Part shown: positions 10,092-20,580 of the stretch, one piece after another | Position numbering within the stretch: position 1 is the stretch's first letter | How the letters are laid out: every line of letters begins with the position of its first letter | From: an uncultured Methanosarcinaceae archaeon | GTDB taxonomy: Archaea; Halobacteriota; Methanosarcinia; Methanosarcinales; Methanosarcinaceae | Reading direction: 5' to 3' | NCBI GenBank assembly: GCA_963847185.1 | Contig: CAWJYV010000001.1 | Span: forward strand, 224,001-288,000 | DNA: 64,000 nt | Program-made: the position numbers and the translations under genes | The notes under the pieces: generated by a model | Databases searched by the model: none | What the model saw: only the letters and a program-made list of their open reading frames with translations | Told to the model about the DNA's origin: nothing

Positions 10092-10438
10092 TCTCACTTT
10101 CATTGTTTACTTTCAGAACTCACACACTTGAAATATGAAGTTGTGGGATGAATATTATTTGATGCAAAAATAATAAACGTCTACTGTCACTACTAACAGC
10201 TCCAGAAAATATAAAATGGTCGCACCTGAATCTAATTAATAGACTTTTAGCTCGTAGTTGCCCTTATTTCAACTCCAAACGTTTGACGCCTCTTTAATAC
10301 CTGAAAGCTTGATACATATTAAAGGGCAACTACTTATCTTCTCTCTTACTTTATCCCTAGACCTTATTACTTAAAAATCAAGCCCGGAAAATGCTCTACT
10401 ATCCTCTTAGCCAAGTTTTGAGCCTATTCTTGAGTAAT

Positions 10439-10840
10439 TTATTCTTCTTCCCCTATTTTCTGCCACAAACCCAGTGAGAACGCGGTGTTTGGGTCTTCAA
10501 TAGACATCTTAACTTTTTTCTTATCTTCTTGCAGGTAGTAGTCAGACTGGATCATTAGTTGCTTGTGCTCTCCAGCTTCTTCCCTGAGCAGCTGGTTATT
10601 GCATTTTACCGCCATTTCATCGCAAGCATTTGAAACCAGGTTGTAGATCCTGTATGTCATCCTTTGCGTGAACAATTTCGTAATCTTATCATGAAAACCG
10701 TTTTCCTCCCCCTTCTCAGCATAATATTCCTCTGCACTTTTCATGACCTTATTGCAGTACCTTCCTAGAAGGAAGAATGCCTTTTATGCGTTCGAATCGC
10801 CGTCACCAAAGAATTTCTTATTTTTTGCAAAATAGTCTTC
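10439..10840 (-). pseudogene. Disrupted protein resembling the Cas8b (TM1802 family) C-terminal/Cas11-like domain
   Basis: Frame extends upstream of ATG 10744 as EDYFAKNKKFFGDGDSNA*KAFFLLGRY (TAA at 10784-10786) and ends NTAFSLGLW; cut at 10841 by a MITE-like element. Confidence 0.5.
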
Positions 10841-10964
10841 GAGCTCATCCCTAAACTCAAAATCTATCCCCAAAATCTCGAATTTTGAACGATTAATCAA
10901 GTTTCTTATATATAGTTCAAAACATTTATTAATTCAAGAAGAAGCTTGGTTTTGGGATAAGCTC
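10841..10964. mobile_element. MITE-like element, GAGCTCATCCC family
   Basis: Terminal IR GAGCTCATCCCTAAAC / GTTTTGGGATAAGCTC; related copies at 36852-36982 and 12605-12661. Confidence 0.75.
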
Positions 10965-11072
10965 ATATACTAAAAAATTAAGAAAAATTAATGAAAAATG
11001 TACTTTCCGTTTTTCACAGTACTTCCCACCCTCTCTCAAAACATACTTCCCTAGGAACTTATCCCAAGGTCA

Positions 11073-11687
11073 TTATTGTTTATACTTGTCAGTATTGTTT
11101 ACACTTTCGTTTAATTTCGCTTCGAAATAACCGGCAGTTACCTCATCTTTATGTGCTGCGAAGGCAGCTAAGACTTCTTCTTTTTCTCGTTCTGGAACAC
11201 CGTAGTAATCGAGTGATTCTTTGAGATCTGCTGCGACCGCATCAAACTCCTCGGGTGAGATCCTCAAGTCGCGATGAGCTTCTTTGAGGCTTTTGCCTGT
11301 ATAGTTGAAAGGTCCACCTGCCACTGCGGCTACCCATAAAGTCCTCATGAATTTGAGGCCTGGCAATCTATCTAATTTATTGTTGCTCCATTCCCTCAGG
11401 GCAGGATTTTTTGAGTTTTTGCCAGCAATCGGATCGTTCACAACAGTATCGCTGAAACGATTCACTACCTTAGAAATGGCGTAGATCCCACCAAGGCGTT
11501 CATACAAAGATTTATCTTCATTCTGAGCCTTTTTCTCTTCCTTACACGTCTCGTTTACTACCTTATCTTCCGGATCATCAAGTTCTCCTCCAGAAGCATA
11601 TACTGCATTTACTGCCATAGCAGTTAGTGACACTAAAAAACAGACTGACAGTAAAATGGCTATTGACTTTTTGATTTGACTTTTCAT
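11073..11687 (-). CDS. Group I truncated hemoglobin with signal peptide
   Basis: SLYERLGG, GGPFNYTGKSLKEAHRDLRISPEEFDAV; N-terminal MKSQIKKSIAILLSVCFLVSLTAMAVNA; RBS AGGGGTG. Confidence 0.88.
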   Translation of the reverse strand: MKSQIKKSIAILLSVCFLVSLTAMAVNAVYASGGELDDPEDKVVNETCKEEKKAQNEDKSLYERLGGIYAISKVVNRFSDTVVNDPIAGKNSKNPALREWSNNKLDRLPGLKFMRTLWVAAVAGGPFNYTGKSLKEAHRDLRISPEEFDAVAADLKESLDYYGVPEREKEEVLAAFAAHKDEVTAGYFEAKLNESVNNTDKYKQ

Positions 11688-11871
11688 ATCTACACCCCTT
11701 ATTTTCCACTGTCTTTTTATGTGGCTAGTTACAGTAGCCAATTCAATAAAAAAGACTACATATGATTTCCCTAAATTGAATAAATAGAGTAATATTTATA
11801 TTGGCATATAATTTTTCACATTCTTCATAACATCAGCATGTATTCGATTAATAATAAATATAGAAAGTATA

Positions 11872-12063
11872 CTAGTACTGCGATTCCGAAGTATGTTCAT
11901 AAAACCTGACTTTTGAATCTACCCATTAATCACGAATTTCCTATTAAATAAGGAATTTATTTTGGAATCGAAGCACTAGTGTCGCGTCAGCGATAAAATG
12001 TCGTATAAATTCGATTACAATCATTTAGAATTTTTCAATCCTTGGTGATCGACGCGACACTAG
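11872..12063. mobile_element. Two abutting CTAG-bounded MITE-like elements
   Basis: CTAGTACTGCGATTCCGAA...TTGGAATCGAAGCACTAG (11872-11979) and CTAGTGTCGCGTC...GACGCGACACTAG (11976-12063) share one CTAG. Confidence 0.7.
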
Positions 12064-12227
12064 AAATATTGTTAAGAGATTATATCGTCCAAAATAAGAC
12101 AAACATTATCGAGAAAAGCGGTGATAAATAAACTATATATTTCTCACATATTTTGCATAGTGATAACTACATCCTCTTTTACAGCCAATTATAGGATTTC
12201 AAGTGAAATCCGCCAATTAAATTTTAG

Positions 12228-12364
12228 TTCATTTGGATTCGGTTAAGGAACAAAAAGTCAAAAAATGCTATTTTTTATACAATATCTAAGAGAATTCTCT
12301 TGGAAAATCACTATACGTGGTATTCGAAGTTGTGCATAAAATTCCTTAACCGAATCCAAATGAA
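12228..12364. mobile_element. MITE-like element with 23-bp perfect inverted repeat
   Basis: TTCATTTGGATTCGGTTAAGGAA / TTCCTTAACCGAATCCAAATGAA; near-identical copy at 37697-37827. Confidence 0.85.
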
Positions 12365-12512
12365 TTTTAGCTAAATTCATTTTTTCACATATTCAAGGGC
12401 TATAATCTTTAGATCCAATTTTGAGTTTTTTATACTGATCGAGGATAGGAAACAAGAGTTTAGACTTTACAAACTGGCAAGCCTATATAAAGGAAACCTG
12501 TACCCACCAAAA

Positions 12513-12556
12513 TAACCTCGAATATTGGCTCATATTTCTCTGAGCCAAGACTTTTT
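12513..12556. repeat. Short REP-like hairpin repeat TAACCTCGAATATTGGCTC...AGCCAA
   Basis: Further copies at ~13507 and ~16486, each with a TTGGCT-N-AGCCAA-type stem. Confidence 0.6.
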
Positions 12557-12604
12557 CTAAGTCAGATAAATAGAATACCCTTCAAATAAAATAGTAAATA
12601 TAAT

Positions 12605-12661
12605 GAGCTTACCCCAAAACCAATATTTTTATCCAAAAGTTCTTGATTTTCAGGATAGCTC
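12605..12661. mobile_element. Short, internally deleted GAGCT...AGCTC element
   Basis: GAGCTTACCCCAAAAC...TTTTCAGGATAGCTC ends match the 10841 family. Confidence 0.55.
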
Positions 12662-12681
12662 AAAAAGAAATTTTAATTTAA

Positions 12682-13011
12682 TTAACGCGGGATATAAAAC
12701 ATAATAAAAACACCTATAAGAGCAATTAACGCCCCTATAATTTCAAATTTGTCTGGTTTTTTCTTATCAACAATTGCTCCCCATATCAGGGATGAGACAA
12801 TAAATATTCCCCCATATGCAGCATAGACTCTGCCAAAATGAGCTGTCTGCAAGGTTGGAATGATCCCATAAATTGCCAGTATTATCGCACCCATAAGTCC
12901 AAAAAATATTCCTTTATTTTCCCTGAGCCACAACCAGACAAGATAGCCTCCTCCTATCTCAAAAAGTGCGGCAAGGAAGAACAGAGCAAGGGAAATTCCT
13001 ATTTCTATCAT
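12682..13011 (-). CDS. YnfA (UPF0060) family membrane protein
   Basis: FEIGGGYLVWLWLRE, FGRVYAAYGGIF. Confidence 0.9.
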   Translation of the reverse strand: MIEIGISLALFFLAALFEIGGGYLVWLWLRENKGIFFGLMGAIILAIYGIIPTLQTAHFGRVYAAYGGIFIVSSLIWGAIVDKKKPDKFEIIGALIALIGVFIMFYIPR

Positions 13012-13389
13012 ATGGATTCCTCTTTTCTAGGCCAGTAATAGATAATCGAAACGCCAATTAAGATAATTAAAGCCCCAATCAGATCATAAGTATCAGGGAG
13101 AGTTTTATCAAAAATCCAACCCCATAAAAGGGACATCACAACAAAAATGCCCCCATAGGTTGCATATATTCTATGGAAATATGAAGGTTGAAAAGTAGGC
13201 ACAATTCCATACAAAAACAAAATTATTGCTCCTGAAAACGCAAAAATCAAATTTCCACCTTCACGAAGCCATAACCATATCAGATATCCTCCTCCGATTT
13301 CAAAAATACCAGCAAGGATAAAAAGAAGAATTGTATACACAAAGCACTTTTTTCGAGACATGCAACTGGAATCAATATTAATTTTCATA
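13008..13389 (-). CDS. YnfA (UPF0060) family membrane protein, paralog
   Basis: FEIGGGYLIWLWLRE, FHRIYATYGGIF; start uncertain (13389 or 13361). Confidence 0.88.
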
Positions 13390-13844
13390 TAGGTAAGGTA
13401 CTGATTATGACATATATCTCTAATTATATAATCACATGTCCATAATAAGAATGTTCTCATTTATTCTTGTTTTGCTTCGCCTCAATAGGCTCCTTCTTTA
13501 TCCATATAACCTCGAATCTTGGCTCTAATACTCGAAGCCAAAATTGTGAAAATAACTGTAATATGATTACTCTTTAAATCGTATTTTACGCTTCGAATTC
13601 ATTCTCATTCTATCAGTTCCGTTGCAATTTCAATCATCTACTCAAATAAATTGATTATTATGCTAGTATTTAAATAATAATAAATCCCTTTGAAAAAGGG
13701 GAAGTTGGGCATATGGAATACTGAATATACGCTCAATTGTAAGTTTCAAAGTGACATCTAAAAATGGAGCTTACCGAAAACTAAAATTATTATTTTGGAT
13801 TTTGTAAGACTTTGTTTTGTAGCTGGATTTCATATAATGTTACA

Positions 13845-13951
13845 CTAGTGTCTCGAAAATTTAGTTCTGAGTCCTCATAATTAAAAAAGGGACTACGGAT
13901 AAGGTATTGTCTAAGTATTAATGCCCAGTAATTAAATTGCTATGACACTAG
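13845..13951. mobile_element. MITE-like element, CTAGTGTC...GACACTAG family
   Basis: 107 bp; similar copies at 20274-20378 and 20389-20487. Confidence 0.8.
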
Positions 13952-14115
13952 GCATAGAATTATTACTTACTCTGAGTGATGCTACCATCAGTATGTCCAT
14001 TAGTAACCTATAAGGAAAAATGCCGGGATCATACTATCTTTGAAAAGTATAATCTTTTAAAATAAAAATTAAGATGCTGGACTTAAAAGCCAAGAACGGG
14101 GGAAGTGATTATACT

Positions 14116-16248
14116 ATGGACAAAAAGAAGACGATTGATGAAAAAAGCAAAGACGACCAATTAGAAATATTTCATGAAGATCCAGAACGTGAGTTTCTGA
14201 CAACAAATCAGGGAGTTAGAGTCAGTAATACCGATATCTCACTTAAGGCGGGGGAAAGGGGACCAACTTTACTTGAAGACTTTCATTTTAGAGAGAAAAT
14301 AACCCATTTTGATCACGAAAGGATTCCTGAAAGAATTGTTCATGCCCGTGGATCAGGAGCACATGGGTATTTTCAGGTCTATGAGCCTATGAAGAAATAC
14401 ACAAGTGCAAAATTCCTGCAGGATCCTGATAAGAAAACACCAGTTTTCGTGCGATTTTCTACTGTTGTAGGATTTAGAGGTTCTGCAGATACTGTCAGAG
14501 ATGTAAGGGGTTTTGCAGTCAAGTTCTATACTGAGGATGGAAACTATGATCTTGTCGGCAACAACATTCCGGTTTTTTTTATTCAGGATGCAATTAAGTT
14601 TCCCGATCTTGTCCACGCAATTAAACCCGAACAGGATAATCAGATACCACAGGCATCGGCAGCTCACGACACTTTCTGGGATTTTGTGGCCTGCCATCCT
14701 GAAAATGCACACATGATCATGTGGGTTCTTTCAGACCGTGCACTTCCTAGGAGTTATCGAATGATGCAGGGTTTTGGAGTTAACACATTCCGTTTCGTTA
14801 ATGCAGAAGGAAAGGGTAGATTTGTGAAGTTCCACTGGAAACCTGTGCTTGGCATTCACTCACTTGTCTGGGACGAAACTCAGAAAATAGCGGGAAAAGA
14901 TCCTGATTTTAACCGTCGTGATCTCTGGGAAGCAATTGAGAATGGAGACTATCCTGAATACGAATTTGGTGTGCAGATCCTTGGGGAAGAGGATGAATTT
15001 AAATTTGATTTTGATATTCTAGACCCCACAAAGATCTGGCCTGAAGAGGATATTCCGGTTAAATGGATAGGAAAAATGACGCTGAATCGTAATCCTGATA
15101 ATTTCTTTGCTGAGACCGAACAGGTTGCGTTCTGTCCTGCAAATGTGATTCCAGGAATTGATTTTTCTAATGATCCACTCCTTCAGGGACGCCTTTTCTC
15201 ATACCTCGACACACAGTTAATCCGTCTTGGGGGTCCAAACTTCCATGAGATTCCCATTAACCAGCCTCTGGCACCAATAGCCAATAATCAGAGAGAAGGG
15301 TATCACCGTACAACAATAAACAAAGGCAAAACAAGTTATTTCCCTAATACCGTAGGGGAAAACCTTCCGCGTCCAGCCTATGCAGAAGAAGGGGGATATG
15401 TTCACTATATGGAAAAGGTGGAAGGTAAAAAAATCCGAGCCCGAAGTGAAAAGTTCAAAGATTTCTTCAGTCAAGCTAAATTGTTCTGGAACAGCATGTC
15501 GGAGCCGGAAAAGAAACACATCATAGAAGCATTCCATTTTGAAGTTGGAAAAGTCAATAATAAGAGCATAAGGAAGGCAATTGTTGAGTTGTTCAATAAC
15601 GTGGACGGAGATCTTGCAGTTGAGATTGCAAAAGGGGTAGGTGTCCCCGCTCCTGAACAGAGAGGCGGGTCTCCGATAACAAAAGAGTCTCAAAATGTCA
15701 GTCAGGAGCGTTCAGAGCATACGGCGAAGAATACAATTAAGACCAGAAAGATTGCCATTCTTGCTGCAGACGGGTACGATTACAAAGACTTCAGCACTGT
15801 AATGAAGGCTTTAGAAGCTGGTGGGGCAAGAGCTCACATAATCTCAAAACACCAGGGAATGCTAAAGAGCTCAAGTGGAGAAGAAATCGAGGTTGATAAC
15901 AGCTACGTTACCACTGCATCAGTATTGTATGATGCTATATACATCCCGGGAGGTAAAGAAAACGTAGACATTTTGAAGATGCAGGGAGATGCAATCCATT
16001 TCGTTAACGAGGCATTTAGGCACTGTAAACCTCTGGGTGCTACAGGTGAAGGGATTGAATTACTTAGGGCTGCAAATCTTCCTGATATCAAATTTGCAGG
16101 GAAAAAATCCACTGACATAGTGATTTCTGACAAAGGTGTTGTAACTGCCATGAAAAGTGATAATGATTCTTTCAATGATTACTTTATTGATTCAATTGCA
16201 AAACACCGTCACTGGGATAGAGAAAAGAAGGAACAGGTTCCAGCCTGA
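14116..16248 (+). CDS. katE: Large-subunit monofunctional heme catalase (HPII type)
   Basis: FDHERIPERIVHARG, RFSTV, RLFSYLDTQ, C-terminal DJ-1-like domain. Confidence 0.96.
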   Translation: MDKKKTIDEKSKDDQLEIFHEDPEREFLTTNQGVRVSNTDISLKAGERGPTLLEDFHFREKITHFDHERIPERIVHARGSGAHGYFQVYEPMKKYTSAKFLQDPDKKTPVFVRFSTVVGFRGSADTVRDVRGFAVKFYTEDGNYDLVGNNIPVFFIQDAIKFPDLVHAIKPEQDNQIPQASAAHDTFWDFVACHPENAHMIMWVLSDRALPRSYRMMQGFGVNTFRFVNAEGKGRFVKFHWKPVLGIHSLVWDETQKIAGKDPDFNRRDLWEAIENGDYPEYEFGVQILGEEDEFKFDFDILDPTKIWPEEDIPVKWIGKMTLNRNPDNFFAETEQVAFCPANVIPGIDFSNDPLLQGRLFSYLDTQLIRLGGPNFHEIPINQPLAPIANNQREGYHRTTINKGKTSYFPNTVGENLPRPAYAEEGGYVHYMEKVEGKKIRARSEKFKDFFSQAKLFWNSMSEPEKKHIIEAFHFEVGKVNNKSIRKAIVELFNNVDGDLAVEIAKGVGVPAPEQRGGSPITKESQNVSQERSEHTAKNTIKTRKIAILAADGYDYKDFSTVMKALEAGGARAHIISKHQGMLKSSSGEEIEVDNSYVTTASVLYDAIYIPGGKENVDILKMQGDAIHFVNEAFRHCKPLGATGEGIELLRAANLPDIKFAGKKSTDIVISDKGVVTAMKSDNDSFNDYFIDSIAKHRHWDREKKEQVPA

Positions 16249-16970
16249 AGGTTTCTGAGAATGAATAACTCATTTTTTATTTTTAATTGTGAGAACTCGG
16301 TTAAGGGATTATTTCCTGCTTGCATACTCTTAGCCAAGAGTTATATTAATTCTAGAGCAATTTTTTCTCCTTCCCTGTTATTTTAGAAAAAGGATAATAT
16401 AGTGGCACAGGAAATAAATGTCTGATCATATTTACTTTTTTACAAGCTGGCAACGCCCACATAGACAGACATGTACCTTCCAAAATAACCTCGAATATTG
16501 GCTCTGTATTCCTCTTAACCAGAATTTTTCTTGGGTCAGGTGTAATATGATTACCTTTGGATTTCCTACCCTTAAAAGAAGGCCTATTGCCTAAGTTTTC
16601 ATTCAAGCCGGGGGATTCATATCAAGGCGTAAACTTCCTTAAAGAAGGCAATTATTTCAGACCAAAGAAATTTCAACATTCCTGAATTTAGTTATTACTT
16701 CACCATCCTCATGACTGCACGTGCGTAAATTACCTTATAATTATACGGGAGCGCCGTCCGACTCTTCCTCTTTTACTTATTTCAAAATTATATTTTCAAT
16801 TTCAGTTCCCAACTTTCTCTGTCTTCTTTATGAATTCCTTCAAAAACTCGTATTTTTGCAAATAGAAAGTAAAGAAGCTGTTTTAACTATATGCAGAGGC
16901 TTTTACTCTTTTCTACTTCGTTCATGCCGAAGTTTACCCCGGGGAAAAGTAAGGCAGTTTATCTAATTTC

Positions 16971-17849
16971 ATGGCAATTAACTGGTTGAGCAAGATGTCA
17001 GTAGATCAAATTCCAATTGGTAAGTTTTCCTTCATGACCCGCCTCTCGCAAAAAGCTCTCAGGCTCTATGACAGGAAAGGGTTGCTTGTTCCGGAAGCAA
17101 AAGACCCTTTTACTGGATACCGTTATTATACCGTTCCTCAGCTGGAAAAAGGGATGAAAATTAAAACCTTAAGCTTCTTGGGTTTCTCCCTGGAGGAGAT
17201 TTCCATGCTTCTGGATGTGGAAAGTAAGGGGGAGTACGAGCAGATGGGGGCGTGCTTCAGGAAGAAACTTGAGGAAACACGAGCCGAAGTTGGGAAACTG
17301 CAAAGGATTGAAGGCATCTTGCAGGGCGCCTGCAAACATAATGGAAAAATCGTGGAGTTATTCAAGATGTCTGTTACAGAACCCGTTATTAAAGAAATCC
17401 CTGAGATTAGAGTAGTGAGCAAACGTGAGAAAGGAACATTTGAAATAACTATTGGAAAACTCATAGGTGAGATATGTGCATGCATCAGCGGTCCTGAAAA
17501 CCAGAGGAACAGGGTAAAGGTCACAGGTCCTATTATGTTCCTGTGTCATGATGAGGAATATAAAGAAACTGATGCCGATATTGAGATTGCCCTTCCGGTT
17601 TCAGGCAGAATTTCTATAGAAGATTCAAAAATGGAGATTAAGACTATACCGGCTGCAAGAGTAGTTTCCGTCATCTATCGGGGTCCGTATCCCGGAGTTG
17701 AAGCCGGTTACAACCGGATTTTCTCATATGTCAAAGAAAATAATCTGGAAACTTTCGGCCCCAGCAGGGAACTCTACTTTAATGATCCTGCAGAGGTTCC
17801 AGAAGAAGAACTGATGACTGAGGTCCAGGTTCAGGTCAGAGAGAGGTAA
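16971..17849 (+). CDS. MerR-family regulator with GyrI-like effector domain
   Basis: IGKFS...KALRLYDRKGLL.P...TGYRYY; C-terminal YRGPY, RELY.NDP. Confidence 0.9.
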   Translation: MAINWLSKMSVDQIPIGKFSFMTRLSQKALRLYDRKGLLVPEAKDPFTGYRYYTVPQLEKGMKIKTLSFLGFSLEEISMLLDVESKGEYEQMGACFRKKLEETRAEVGKLQRIEGILQGACKHNGKIVELFKMSVTEPVIKEIPEIRVVSKREKGTFEITIGKLIGEICACISGPENQRNRVKVTGPIMFLCHDEEYKETDADIEIALPVSGRISIEDSKMEIKTIPAARVVSVIYRGPYPGVEAGYNRIFSYVKENNLETFGPSRELYFNDPAEVPEEELMTEVQVQVRER

Positions 17850-17854
17850 TTTAT

Positions 17855-17902
17855 TCATTGCTCCAGAAACCTGGAGCAGTTCTCTTTTTTTCTCCGAAGT
17901 AC
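17855..17902. repeat. Imperfect 48-bp direct repeat of the NAS gene 3' end, with terminator-like hairpin
   Basis: TGCTCCAGAAACCTGGAGCAGT...TTTTTTTCTCC versus 20581-20628. Confidence 0.75.
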
Positions 17903-18592
17903 GGATAGAATGTTATTTCTGATTTTAATATGATATAACTTCTAATGTTTTTAATTTCCAATCTCTTTAACTTCTACTGTCTATTCAAAGTATGGCTGTT
18001 AAAGCAAAAATTAGGCGATATCATCAATAATCGACTAAAATGGCAAGAAGTATTTTCATTCTTTTTCTAATTTAATAAATATATTATTAATACCAAATTT
18101 AGGGAGGAGATTATCATCTCAACCATCTGTACATATGATTATAGAATCTACTTGCCGATTTGTCCAATATACTTCGTTCAAGAACATATGAACTTTCAAC
18201 TATTATTAGATTGAGCAAATAGGCACTATTTTTGTTGATTCTTGTATAAAATGGAAAGAATTATAGGAAATTTCATTGCTCGACAGATATCTGCATCAAC
18301 TCCGCTAGATAATTTCGAACTTTTATTATTATTGACTCCTAAATTATAGTTCTCTAAGTATTATATTATCTGAAAATTAATACTTTGTTGATACAATTTG
18401 AAACAACTTTCACTGGTACATACAGTAAGGACAGAATTTACCACCGTTATACTCTCTCGGAAATTAACGTGGAAAAATAAGTTAAGTTGGACTATTATTA
18501 GTAAATTAATATTTACATAGTTCATAAATTGAGAATAATAGGAAATCTAAGTCAAATTGTATCAAATTGAGACTAAATATGGGGTCATAAAG

Positions 18593-20251
18593 ATGAGAAA
18601 ACAAATATTTGACAGAACGAAGAAAATACTATGTTTCTTCACAGTAATTTTTTTCATGATATCATCGACAGCTTCGTCAGTCAGCGCAACGAACGGAGAA
18701 ATACCAGATGAAACTCCACCAATAGACAATGCAACAGAGCCTACTGTGATCGGACCTCCTGTAACACAACTTCCTATCACAGAACCGACAGTAATAGTAC
18801 CTAATGTAACAGAATCTATTGTAACAGTGCCTAATATGACAGAATCTACTGTAGTAGTACCCAATATGACAGAACCTGGAGGATCAATACCTGGCGCAGC
18901 AGAACCTACTGTAGTAGTGCCTAATATCACAGAACCTGTTGCAATAGTACCTAATATCACGGAACCTACTGTAATAGTGCCTAATATAACAGGACCCGCC
19001 GAGATAGAACCTAACGGAGCGGAACCTGACGTAACCGGGCCTCCAGAAGTACCTTCGGAAATAGAATCTATAGCAATCGAGCCTAACATAACAGCGCCTA
19101 GCGCAACAGTTCCTGAAGGACCTGAAGGAACAATGCCAGTTCTCTTGATACCACCAACAACCGAAGCCACTAATAATATCTCTGTAATTAATGAAACTAC
19201 AAACACTACAACCTCTGTGAATATAGGAAATAACTCCGGAGGAATTGCAGTGAATCCGCAGGGAACAAACGTATATGTAACTAATATTACCAACAATACT
19301 GTTTCTGTAATTAATACAGTTACAAACAACGTTACATCCGTAATTAATGTTGGAAATTACCCTGCTGGAATTGCAATCAATCCTTCAGGAACCAGGCTAT
19401 ATGTGACGAATGTCTACAGCAACACTGTTTCTGTAATTGATACATCCACAAACAGGGTTATAACCACAGTCAATGTTGGAAACTATCCTACTGGAGTTGC
19501 GGTTGCAGGAACAAACGTGTATGTAACGAATGCTTACAGCAACACTGTTTCTGTAATTAATACAGTTACAAACAACGTTACATCCATAATTAATGTAGGG
19601 AGCTATCCTGCTGGAATCGCAGTCGTGGGAAATAATGTATATGTAACCAACGTTTACAGCAACACTGTTTCTGTAATTGATATAACTACGAACACTGTGA
19701 TATCCACAATTAATGTTGGAAACTATCCTGCTGGAATCGTCGCCGTGGGGACAAAAATATGTGTAACGAACACTTTCAGTAACAATGTCTCTATAATCGA
19801 CACAGTCACAAACACCGTTACATCTACAGTGAATGTAGGAAGGTATCCTGCTGGAATCGCCGCTGTGGGAAATAATGTGTATGTAATGAACGTTTACAGC
19901 AAAACGGTCTCTATAATTAACATAACCACAAACATTGTTACAGCCACAGTGCCTGCAAGAAGTATTCCTATTACCTTTGGGCAATGCATATGTCCTCTTC
20001 CAGTAATACGTCCAGTACTTCCTGTTGCAAACTTCCGCAGCAATATCATTCTGCTGGTTAAGTTTACAGACCTTTCAAAGAATGCAACCAAATGGTACTG
20101 GGACTTTGGAGACGGAACAAATTCAACTGAGCAGAATCCTCTACACATATACAGTAAACCTGGAAATTACACAGTTAAGCTGACTGCAAGCAATAAAAAT
20201 GGCACAGCTTCAAAAGTTTCTGTAATCAATGTCTGTAACGGTACTAAATAA
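18593..20251 (+). CDS. Cell-surface protein: Pro/Thr repeats, YVTN beta-propeller, PKD domain
   Basis: Signal peptide, PTVVVPNxTE repeats, YVTN...NTVSVID repeats, WDFGDG. Confidence 0.92.
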   Translation: MRKQIFDRTKKILCFFTVIFFMISSTASSVSATNGEIPDETPPIDNATEPTVIGPPVTQLPITEPTVIVPNVTESIVTVPNMTESTVVVPNMTEPGGSIPGAAEPTVVVPNITEPVAIVPNITEPTVIVPNITGPAEIEPNGAEPDVTGPPEVPSEIESIAIEPNITAPSATVPEGPEGTMPVLLIPPTTEATNNISVINETTNTTTSVNIGNNSGGIAVNPQGTNVYVTNITNNTVSVINTVTNNVTSVINVGNYPAGIAINPSGTRLYVTNVYSNTVSVIDTSTNRVITTVNVGNYPTGVAVAGTNVYVTNAYSNTVSVINTVTNNVTSIINVGSYPAGIAVVGNNVYVTNVYSNTVSVIDITTNTVISTINVGNYPAGIVAVGTKICVTNTFSNNVSIIDTVTNTVTSTVNVGRYPAGIAAVGNNVYVMNVYSKTVSIINITTNIVTATVPARSIPITFGQCICPLPVIRPVLPVANFRSNIILLVKFTDLSKNATKWYWDFGDGTNSTEQNPLHIYSKPGNYTVKLTASNKNGTASKVSVINVCNGTK

Positions 20252-20273
20252 CGGAACAGTACTGTAATGTAAC

Positions 20274-20487
20274 CTAGTGTCTAGGAAATTTAGTTATGAG
20301 TCATTATAATTAGGAAAGGGACATGAATGAGGAGTTGTCTATGCATTAACACCTCATAATTAAGTTGCTTTGACATAGCACCTACACACTAGTGTCTAGG
20401 AAATTTAGTTCTGAGTCCTTATAATTAAAAAAGGGACTACGTAGAAGCATTGTTAAGTATTAACGCCCAATAATTAAATCACACTAG
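20274..20487. mobile_element. Two tandem CTAGTGTC-family MITE-like elements
   Basis: 20274-20378 and 20389-20487 both begin CTAGTGTCTAGGAAATTTAGTT. Confidence 0.8.
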
Positions 20488-20580
20488 GTAATATAACTAG
20501 AAACCGATAATAAAGCCAATAATAGACATGGAAGAAGAACTGGTAACTGATATCCTGATTCGGTATGAGAAAGTAGCCTT

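Noticed and set aside
18562-19984. Long antisense ORFs (255 and 195 aa)
   Set aside because: Mirror frames of the repetitive YVTN gene
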